DNA of 64,000 nucleotides from the NCBI GenBank assembly GCA_964247055.1, contig OZ176056.1, positions 4,650,001 through 4,714,000 on the forward strand, read 5' to 3'. The notes beneath the pieces were generated by a model, which made no database searches, was not told the DNA's origin, and saw nothing but the letters and a program-made list of their open reading frames with translations. The position numbers were made by a program, and so were the translations under genes. The stretch comes from Paragordius varius. Its lineage: Eukaryota; Animalia; Nematomorpha. Positions 33,989-44,900 of this stretch are shown piece by piece (within the stretch, counting starts at the first letter, position 1; each line of letters opens with the position of its first letter).

Positions 33989-34290
33989 TTATGGGCATTT
34001 GTAGATAGACGCATCTTTTAGATCAATCTTAGTGAAAACTTGGCCTTCGCCAATCTTACTTACTTTATGATCAAACGTTGGAATGTTGTGAGAATCCTCG
34101 GTCAGCCATTTATTGATCGTAACTCTAAAATCGCTACAAATCTTACCTCTCCATTCGCTTTTAGCACATTGACGGTGAGCGTGGCCCATGTAAGAGTTGT
34201 AAAGTTGGGATCTATCAGCTTCAAAATGCCTAACTTTTGAAATCTTAGCTGCTCTTAGGGGAAACGGTACTCGGCGACACCAAACTTTGG
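33989..34290 (-). pseudogene. Ty3/Gypsy reverse transcriptase remnant (frameshifted)
   Basis: Across frames: RVPFPLR ... WATLTVNVLKANGEVR / ICSDFRVTINK ... HNIPTF ... FTKIDLKDA, the N-terminal Gypsy RT motifs. Confidence 0.85.
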
Positions 34291-34620
34291 GACCTCAAAT
34301 CATCATAACTATTTGATTAAAAAAGGCCAGCTTGTCGAACCCCTCACAAAAAAACTATGTTAGAAAACCAACGTGAAATGAAATCGAAAGCAGTTTTGAA
34401 CCCGATCGTAGATTGAAAAACAATTTATTTTTCCAAAATATAAACGATAAATTTATTTATTTAATTTATTCAAAAAATTTCTACATTGGGTGAAATATAG
34501 ACTAGTTATACATATATTAATTGCTAGACTACTATAATAATATATTATTTTAGGGCAATGAATGAATAGTTTTTCTAAATAATAGAATTTTCAAGAAATT
34601 TTTAAATTTTTGAACATATG

Positions 34621-37419
34621 TCATTTTCTAAAGTCAGCAGTTTTGAGTATTTGACTATTGCCTAGTACAGCTATCTTCTCCATTTCAGACACTATAGAAA
34701 AAGAAACAAAATTATTATGAAAATTCAACTCAAAAATATATAGTTCTTTAAACTCAAAAAATAATAAAATTGTTAAAGTGTATAAAAAAAAGTCATAAAT
34801 ATGTAAGGAATTACATAAATTGGTTAAATCAGAATCTCCACGGAGTTTTTCAAACAGGGTTTTATCATCCAAATCGGTACATTTGACATACTGTATAACT
34901 AATGTGTAAAAATAGGTAAAAAACAATTTTTGTGAATATATTTATAATATAAATAATATTTAAAAAAATTTAAATTTTAACATTGTAGTTTAAAAAGGAA
35001 AAACCAAAATTTATATATGATATTTAGTGTAAAGTAGGTTGAATATTTATTTTTTTTATTATATGTTAAATTTTTATCAAATATACCATTAGGGTTACAA
35101 AAAAAGAAAGGGATATATAAATTAGGCAATTTTACGTGTAAGCAAAGGTTATGAGTAAATTCAAGATTAAAAAATTGTTTTATAAAAAAATATTTTTAAT
35201 ATTTATTTTTGATCTTGTTTAAAAAAAAATCATTAAAATACCAGTTAAATTTTAATTTATAAAATAAAATAATTTGTACTTTCATGCATTTTAGTGCTAT
35301 CAGTAATAAAGGTGCCCATATGTTTCATGCTTGTGATATTGTCCTTGGCTAATTTGTCAAACAATTTAACCATGAGCTCCTTAAACTTTACAATATTCTT
35401 TTCATTTGCTTCTTTCATCACGAAAACGTTCAAACGATAATATGTATCTATTATAGAAATTTATAACTTTAATTTTAAAATGGTGGTCGAAAATTTTAAC
35501 TCTAATCAAAATTTTTAAAAATTATATTTTTAAAAATATCATGAAATTATAAAAAGAAGAAACACTTTAGTAAATAATAGAAAATAACCATTTCATTTCT
35601 TAGTATTTTATAAAAATTATCGACTTGGATCTTATTATAAAATCAAAATATTAATTCACTATATTTAACCCAGTTAAATTAACACTTGGATACAACACAC
35701 TCATTTTAGTTTTTCGATTCAAATTGGGGTAGTTGGATACCCCAGGCCTCTTTGAAATTAAATTCTTTAAAAAATATAGAAGAAATTGAAACCATGGCAA
35801 AATCTTGCACTTATCCATCATTAATAAACCGAAATATATAAAAAATTTTATTCAAAAATACTTGATATTACTTATTTTAAGCTAAAACCGAAAGGTAAAA
35901 ATTTCGTCATCCTGACATGTGTCAAATTGTAAAATTGAAAAAAAACCGCTTTTTCTATTTCTATCAATGTTAGATGTAATTTATATAAAAAATTAGCTTT
36001 AGTTTTACCCTTAAAATTAAATAAAGACGATATTTTGCAAAAATTTTGTAAAATAAAAATGGCGTAAGTAGTTTGAGATGGAGCTTTTTTTTCAAAAGAA
36101 AATTTTATCAAGATATTTTGGCATATTTATATAATATTTATCAGGATAGAAGCATAAATTTAAATTGGGACCGTTTCCTTCAGTAGTGAAAATATTAATT
36201 TAAATTTAGTCTGGGGTATTTAGATACCCTAATTTGAATTGAAGTGTTAATATATACCATTTACGATTCGAATTCACCCTCGAACAAATTCACCCTCAAA
36301 TAAAATATATGTTTTTTAAGGTTGAAAATTACCTATATTTTTAAAAAATAAAAATTTTATTTTAATTTAAATTAAAATAATACTGGAAAAATAATAAACT
36401 ATGCCATAAAAATATATTACTTATTAATAATGAGTTATATTAGTTCGAAAACACACAATTATTTTTAGAATGACTTTAAATTGTTCAAGGGTGGTTTATC
36501 GTTCGAAAGTAGGGTAAATTCAAACTGTAAATGGTATATTTACATACCGTAATCAATTAGGTTTAGTAGTAAAACAATCATATTTAATAAACTTTAAAAT
36601 TATAAAAAAAATTTTAAAACTTTGATCTTCAGGACTTCCAAAAGCGAAATTGATGTCATCAGAAAGGCGTCGAAGTGCAATATTCTTTTCTTTCTTAAGT
36701 AATGGTTTCATAGCACTAATGTAATTATTCATCCAACTAGAATCTTTCATTAAAGCTGAACGTACTTGAGCCCGTTGGGCATAAGAATCTATAAACGAAA
36801 ATTGTTTAGATATTTAAGTTTTTATGGTTTATTTTTCTAACAAAATGCACGCAATTTATATTTTCATGTATTCGCTAATTATATGATAATAGGATTTATT
36901 TTATTTATATACGCAAAACAATAACTTAAATTTTACCAAGTTCAAAAAATGCAGTTGTCATTAACAATTTTAGATTTTGGCATAATAACACAAAGTGACT
37001 AAATTAATTGATGATACAGAAGCTTATCAAATTAATGCATAGGTGACTTTATCAAAAATATATTAAAAAAATTGAAAGATTTTCATATAAAATAAAAAAC
37101 CGTATTCCCAAAGATGAGTAACTCGATTCAATGTTCCAAATTCTGTGACCCAATATCCAAGCATTTTTGAGTGCGACATTCGAGTACCAATATTATCTTT
37201 CGTGAGGGCCATAAATTTGGCAAAATGTTGTGGTTCACATTTATACATTCTCATTTCATAAAGTTTATCCATATGAATTGGACATTTGTCAGTTGAACCT
37301 CCCAAAGACATTTTATATTTTGATGCAGTGGTTAATGCGAAATTCCTCGATATGATTAACGGAATAAAACTATTTGAGACGTTGGTTAGTGTAAAGAAGG
37401 CGCAAGGCTGAACAAACAT
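34621..37419 (-). CDS. NIPSNAP family protein (NIPSNAP3-like), 5 exons, about 269 aa
   Basis: Exons 37419-37101, 36788-36621, 35447-35280, 34898-34815, 34691-34621 (810 nt, phases consistent). First domain LYEMRMY...RMSHSKMLGYWVTEFGTLNRVTHLWEYDSYAQRAQVRSALMKDSSW. The N-terminus resembles a mitochondrial presequence. Confidence 0.88.
35679..36250. mobile_element. Family A TTAA-flanked MITE, full length (NIPSNAP intron 2)
   Basis: TTAA CACTTGGATAC ... GAAGTG TTAA. Confidence 0.9.
36257..36534. mobile_element. Family B MITE immediately adjacent to family A copy
   Basis: TATA|CCATTTACGATTCGAATTCACCC ... GGGTAAATTCAAACTGTAAATGG|TATA. Confidence 0.85.
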
Positions 37420-37630
37420 AAAAAATGCAAGTCACCGTGAAATAATACAAATAAAAAAATATAAAACAGTAGATATATAGAATATTGTAAAAATATAGGG
37501 ATATGGTCAATCTATCGAAAAATATCAAGATAAAGGGCAAGTACCTGATAACGCAAGTGAATTGGGTGTCAGATGCTTTTATCAATGAAAAACAATATAC
37601 TCGCAAATTTATATTATTTTTCAGATATGA

Positions 37631-38086
37631 TTAACACTTGGATACAACACATCCATTTTAGTCATTCGATTCAAATTGGGGTGGTTAAATAATCCAGGCC
37701 TGTTCAAAATAAAATAAATGAAAAAATATGGAATGAATTTAGTCAACATGACATGTGTCAATGGTAAAATTGAAAAATAATAAAAAATATACCTCTTTCT
37801 ATTTCTATCAATGTTAGATGTAATTTAAGCAAAAAATTAGCTTTGATTTTACCCTTAAAATTAAATGACGATATTTTGCAAAATGTTGTGGAATAAAAAT
37901 GGCGTCGAACTAGTTTGATATGTAATTTTTTTTCAAAACCAAATTTTATATATTTCGGCTTATTTATATAGTTTTTATTAGGATAGAAGCATAAATTTAA
38001 ATTGGGACCGTTTCTTTCAGTAGCTTTTTATAACAATTTAAATATTGTCTGGGATTTAGATACCCCAATTTGAATCGAAATGTTAA
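37631..38086. mobile_element. Family A MITE with internal deletion
   Basis: TTAACACTTGGATAC ... GAATCGAAATGTTAA, about 115 bp shorter than full copies. Confidence 0.85.
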
Positions 38087-38161
38087 CACCTCGATTCAAA
38101 AAGTCGTTGTACCTCAGGCATTAAATAAAATATTTCAAAAAATATGAAAAAATTGAAGCCA

Positions 38162-38740
38162 ATAACACTTGGATACAACACATTCATTTTAGTCCTTCGA
38201 TTTAAATTGGGGTAGTTATATACCCCAAGCCTGTTTAAAATTAAATTCCTTAAAAAATATGAAAGGAATCGAAACCATGGCAAAATTTTGCACTTATATA
38301 ACATAAATAAACCGAATTATATAAAAAATATATTCAAAAATACTTGATATTACTTTTTTTAAGCTAAAACCAAAAGGTAAAATTTAGTCAACGTGACATC
38401 TGTGCATTGTTATTGAAAAACATTACAAATAAAACCGCTTTTTCTATTTCTCTCAATGTTAGATGTAATTTAAATAAAAAAATAGCTTTAATATTACCCT
38501 TAAAATCAAATGAAGATGATATTTTGCAAAAATTTTGTAAAATAAAAATGGCGTCGAAGTAGTTTGATATGGAACTTTTTTTTCAAAAAAATTTTCTTAG
38601 AAATTTTGGCATATTTATATAATTTTTATTAGGATAGAAGCATAAATTTAAATTGGGACCGTTTCCTTCGGTAGTTTCTTAGAAATCCTAACTCAAACTT
38701 ACTCTGGGGTATTTATTTACCCCTTGAATTAAAGTGTTAA
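38162..38740. mobile_element. Family A MITE, full length
   Basis: ATAACACTTGGATAC ... AAAGTGTTAA. It is followed by a decayed fragment and a solo end at 38942-38980. Confidence 0.85.
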
Positions 38741-39591
38741 ATAGTTTATATAAAATAAATTAACCGAAATATTATAAGAAACACTCAAAAATTTAATATT
38801 ACTTATTCAGAGTCAACCGAAAATATTTAACCAATGACATGTGTGCATAAAAATATAAATATGATGCAAAATATATCACTTTTTCTGTTAAGATTAATGT
38901 TAAATTGGAATTTAATAAATAAACCAATTTCGACTTTAAAATTAACACTTCGATTTGAATTGGGGTATCTAAATACCCCTATTGATTAAGAAATTCGTTA
39001 GTCCAATTTATTGAAAATAATTGTGCTTTCATTAGCCCGAATTCGAAAGCAAAACCTTTTATTTTGAATTTTGAGGTGATAGAAATGTTAAAATTGATTA
39101 ATATGATAAAGGTGTTTTTAAATGCAAAAAAATGATGTGTTTTGTTTGTTTTTAACAATTTTATATTTGAAATCTAATAAATATTAATTAATGTGAAATT
39201 TTTGAGAATAAAATGCGGTTCGAGAAACGATTTGTGTTGGCACCCCTGTTTTAAACCTTATATAGCATTTGATTTTAAGTTGCAACTTTAACCGAATTAT
39301 TCGCATGTCCCTCTTACCCTATCATTGATCGTAAAATTTTAGTCCTTTTTAGGATTTTAACAAATACGATATAAATTAATTTCATATTATTATCGCTAAA
39401 TATTAATCAATATCTACTTTAGTATGCGAAAATATTTTTAGGCAGTTACGATTTCTGAGTCAAACTTAACGATTAATTAAGGTTTTCTTAGTCAAGTCAA
39501 TAAAAACCTTTAATAATTGATTAAAACGTTTTTATCGAGGAAGTATCTTTCCTCATTACAATTCAATTTTAGTATTGGCATTTCTAATATA

Positions 39592-40107
39592 CCATTTGCA
39601 CTTCAAGAGTGTCCTTGAACACTTCAAGTTGGTCCTTTGACTTGTTTTTAAATTTTATCAATCAAATCGTCTATTTTATAGTTTTTAACCTTTATTTACA
39701 TAAATTTTAAATCGATATAACTTTTAATCTTTGAGAAACCGTATATCTTTATTAATTTCTTAAAATAATTTTGGATATTTATCAGATTTTAACACGAAAA
39801 TGAAAAAATATATTAGTTTTCTGGGTTATTAATTAAAATTTTTCATTAAAAACATTTAAAAGTCATAATTTTGTTCAATTGAAAAAAATAGTTTGAAACA
39901 AAAAATGGTTTTTCAAAGAAAATTTTTATTTTTAAATGAATAAATATATAACGAATAAAGAAAATTAGGTTAATAAATAATAATATTAAAAAATAAATGC
40001 AAAAATTATGGTTAAATCAAAAATGATAAGCGAAATGTTCAAGGACCAACTTGAGGTGTTCAAGGACCAACTTGAAATGTTCAAGGACACTCTTGAAGTG
40101 CAAATGG
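39592..40107. mobile_element. Family B-related MITE (B') with different 21-bp subterminal repeat
   Basis: TATA|CCATTTGCACTTCAAGAGTGTCCTTGAAC is inverted against GTTCAAGGACACTCTTGAAGTGCAAATGG|TATA. Tandem GTTCAAGGACCAACTTGA units lie at 40036-40080. Confidence 0.85.
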
Positions 40108-40166
40108 TATATTTGCGATATTTACCTGTCATTAAATTAACATTTTTTATTTTATTGTGTTAAAAC

Positions 40167-40851
40167 TAGGGTTTTGCTGACCTGGTCATGACCAGGTCAG
40201 TGATTATTTATTTTGTGACCATGGGCATTTGTAAAACAGCTGTTTATTAAAATGATGGTATTTTTTTTGGAAGAGAAATAGTAAGATTTTATTGTTTTTT
40301 TTATATATTTCCTAAAAAATATAAATTAAACATTTAAATATGCTTATTTAACAATATAAAATTGTTAAACATGCATCGTTATAACTTTAGCATTAAGCAT
40401 ATGTATCCAGTTATTCCTAAAAACAATCAAGCACTTTGCAAAATATGCAATTATTCCATATATGTGAACCAATAAAATGAAAAAACATTTTATAATGTAT
40501 TACAATGATAAAAGAAAGTGTAAAACAAACTAGGTAAAAATTTATTTGAATTATCCCGTATTAAAAGCTATGCATTTGAAGATTTAGAAGGACACGAACA
40601 TGTGGCATAATTTAATTGAAGACAAAATTCTTGATTAAATTTGATTGAAAATATTTGTAAATAATTAATATCAAAAAAATGTATAATATAAACTTTTTAA
40701 AAAAATATGACATTATTAGTGAAACGCAAGTGTCGTACGAAAATTATTTTCACAATCCTATATCGCATGATTTACTTATGTAAAAAGTGGTCATGACCAT
40801 GGTTTGACTGGGTCTGACCGGACTTGAAAAAGCAGTCAAATGCACAACCTA
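40167..40851. mobile_element. Non-autonomous hAT-type element with 8-bp target-site duplication
   Basis: GTTAAAAC at both 40159-40166 and 40852-40859. Termini TAGGGTTTTGC / GCACAACCTA. Perfect 24-bp palindrome at 40177-40200. Confidence 0.82.
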
Positions 40852-41956
40852 GTTAAAACCCTACATTCAACCTTGAAATTCACCCTTCTCGAATTCCCCT
40901 TAAACATTTCAGTCCCACCTCATTGGAATATTATTGGGTTAAAATTAAATCCTATTGTAAAATATTTTAGCAGTGTTTATCATTTTTTCTGCTTCATTAC
41001 CCTAATTTAATGATTTGTCAAATTATAATATTTTTTTAAAATAAAAAATTAGTTAATTTATAATTTTAATATTTATAAAAAATACATCATGGGCAACTTA
41101 TCAATCAATCATTTGATAATTTTGCATTTAAGCTTTGAATACACACATTATTAACAATAATATACGCTGTGAAGATCGCCGTTTATTAAAAACTAAGCAA
41201 TATCCAAATTATATAATGGTTTGTGATTAAAAATATGATGGTTTTTAACGAATGATTTGATTTGTGATTTCTTTTTTAATTAAATCTCCCGACAAACCCT
41301 TTGATGAAAATGGGAATCAATAAATTGTATATTATTTTTACCCTGTTTTACGGCGAACTCCACATCCTTAATATTACAAACCCAGTTCGTTACCTACTCA
41401 ATTAAAACTATCAATGATAGTTAATAAAGTACTTATAAATTTATGATTTTATGGTTTTTTTAAGGACATAAGTGCATATACGAAAACATTTTTTAGAAGG
41501 GAAACGGTATATTAATATTATAAATGTAGGATTTTCCTTATGATGATATTTAATGATAAAACTTTATGATGCTAAATTATCAAAGAGCAAACCTCCTTTA
41601 ATATATAAAACGTATTTATTCCTATTATTTAATATTTTATAAATTAAAAATTATAATTGTAGTAGCAAAGCATACATATAAATTAAGACGATTGGGACCC
41701 AATTACCTATTATTAATTCGTTTAAAAATTTCTTATTAATTTTTAATCACTTTAACTGCTAAAACTGTAATAAAAACGAATTGGGGAAAACCATTTTGTA
41801 AAAAAAACGTTTACAAACCTGTTAGTAAATCATCCGCGTTTAAAGACCGAGTTAGTGCAATTTAACGCTCTTTTTAGATTAAGGAACATTTATATTTTTA
41901 TGACAAAATAACTTCATTGTTTTACAATTTATCGAATTTATTTAATATTCTAGGCA

Positions 41957-44900
41957 TTAGGGAAGTGTTATGAGATCATTAGTTGCATTTTCTTCTTTAA
42001 TTAAATCATTGAGCACAGCGATTTCATTTATGTCTCTAATAAGATTAGAGGATGAAATCTCAGGGATAACATTAGATATAGGTTCTGTTTTAACATTTTG
42101 AGTTTGATTGCCGCTGTTTGTGGCAAGATTCTGGTTTTCTCCCCCATAAGGTATCGATTGATAAATCTGTACTCCATATTTGTTGAACTTTCTTATTTCT
42201 AGTTACGCAATAAAAAGATTGATTACAAAAGAAAAATATCATAAATTTAATGCGACAATGATCAATACCTGCATGCCTAATAACTTTTTCACAACTTTGC
42301 ATATTTATGAATCGACACTGAGTTTCATTCAATCCAAACATAGAAGCCAAATTCCCGATGTCATAGGGGCCCCGTAAATCAAAAGTTTGTTCAGCTCCAC
42401 TAGAAAATATAATGTTTCGTATGTTGGGTTCTAGGCACAGTAATACATGTATGTGCCCAATCATATTGCGTCGAGTTTGTTTAGATTTTATCGCTATCAA
42501 AATTGTTAAAAAAAATTAAAATTATACAAGCGAAATGTATCATATAAAGACTGATATTTTGTTCAAAATAACCGCTATATTTTTTAACCTTGATTCTATT
42601 TAATAAAATTCATTGTTTAAAACTGCGAATAAAAAATGTAAATTGGTTCAATTTTATAATTTACAATTATATTTAGATAGTTCTTATGGGAAAAATTAAG
42701 GTTAAAAAAGTATGGTTGTTTATTGAGAAAAATACGTTTTGTCTGGTATAATTTTAAAATTTATTGTAAATATTTGAAATGAACAAAAATATTATAAAGT
42801 AACAAACAGTTTGTAAACACAACCTTTTGTAAAAAGAAGGTAATTAATAATATATATTCATAAAGTAGTATATCGCTGCTCGGTGTAAATAAAAAATAAA
42901 AAGTAATATAACGGTAACAAAGGTATTATTGCGCTTTAAAACACTTTTTAATTATAATGTTGTTTTATCCAAAATATATCTAAGAGTATTATCGAATTTA
43001 CAATAAAACGGGCAGGATCTAAATTGATAAGTATGAGTAAGTACGCATTGCTGGAAACTATTATTATCTATTGCCAAATAGTAAATACAACAAAAGGCAG
43101 TATTATTGGTTAATAATTGAAAAAAGTGAAAAAATAACTAAAAGTTAATAATACTGCCCTTTGTTATTACTATTATGCAATAATTAATAACTTCTAGCAA
43201 TGTATACTGATTCATACTGTAATGTTTATATTAAAACAACCAATTTATGCCGTTATATTTCAAAAGAGTTATTAATAATGCGAAAAATAATTATTAACTA
43301 TAATAAGTAAAATATATATACGTTCTATATAAAAGTTTCAAAGTTAAATTACTTTAAAAAAAATTTATAAAAATTTATTTTAGCAATAAAGAAGAATTAA
43401 TCTCAAGGCTTAAAAAAATTAATAGAGTTCCTATATTGATACAAACGTACCTGGAGCATAATTATATTCGATTGCTAATCCGTGGTGTAGGGCACTACGT
43501 ATATGGGATCTTTTAAAGCGTAAATTATTAGTATTCTTATTTTCCAGGGTATCTAAAATTTTTCAAGGAAAGACTGATAAAAATCTTTGTTTAAAGTATA
43601 TATATATATATATATATATAAAATGTTTTTTGCACGTTAGTTATGTTATTAATAATAAAGATTTGACTATATTGTACTATATAGTTTTAAAATTGTAACA
43701 AAATTTTCGATCTTTAATACATTTTTAATAAATTTTTCATGTTATTTTGGACATAAACTGTCGTTTTGGGTTTCAAAATAAGTTATAAATTGGTAAATTT
43801 ATGAAGAGACACAAAAAACAGTTTTCTTTACAGAAATATTAGTATATGATGTTTATATGTTTTATGGATTAATTTTACCCAAATTTATATATGATAATAT
43901 ATTGATATCTTAAATTTTTCCAATCAATTAATGTACCCGTGGACATGTTGATGGAAATTATATCAAAATCAGTGCCAGCATTTTCGCATGTGGCTTGGAA
44001 AATCTTTTGATCAGTCGGTTCTATGGCTATTAAATCAAATTTTTTGGCACGATCACAACGCAAGAAGCGAAAAGAATCCAAATTATCAATGATGAATGTA
44101 CATCTATACGTACGATTAAAAAGGCCCAATTATATATATTTGTAATATCATTTAGAAAAAAATAAAATTGAATAAAAATGATAAAAACCTTTGAAGTATT
44201 TGAACTGTTTTACACCGCTTAGCCGCATCAGATTGTGCAATGAGAGATTGGATTCGTCCAACACTAAGTTCAATAGGATCTGGGATTAACTAAAAAAAAA
44301 GTTTTGTTTTTAAGTTTGTCTACTCTTCTCAAAGACACAAGCGTAGATTTATTTAAATTTGACAAATGCAATGTTATTTAGTTAAATTCTGCACCGAATA
44401 AAAAAGTGCATTTATATATTTTAAAAGTAGTTCTACCGTTTAACGTCTAAATGCTTTTTTAAAAGCAAAGTATGTGTTTCTAAAATATTTTTTAATGTAT
44501 ATTGTTGTGGCGCAGTTAGCTTCTGCCAAAAGCAGTTTAATATAATCTATTTTCATGAAAAAAAATATTAATCTACAAAATGAGCATATAAACTATGACA
44601 TATTCTCTCAAATATATTTACAATCCAAATTCACCCTCGAACAATTCAAATTCACGATTATTTTTTCAGAATTATTTTAATTTTAATCAAATTTCATTTT
44701 TTTTAAAAAAAAAATAGAGGTATTTTTAACTTTAAAAATATAATTTATTTTATGGTTAATTTAAAGTGTTTAAGGGTGAATTTGAATTATTCAATGGTAA
44801 ATTTAAAGTGTAAATGGTATATACATTGTACACTCTACAGGAAACACTCAACAAAAGGTCCAAAATATAGTAATAAAATGGGTATTTTACAAATTCAAAA

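Noticed and set aside
43875-43936. Read-through of RPP30 exon 4 to the later donor at TTTGG|GTAAAA
   Set aside because: Wrong phase for exon 5. The donor at 43936 restores the frame into [20 protein letters not shown].
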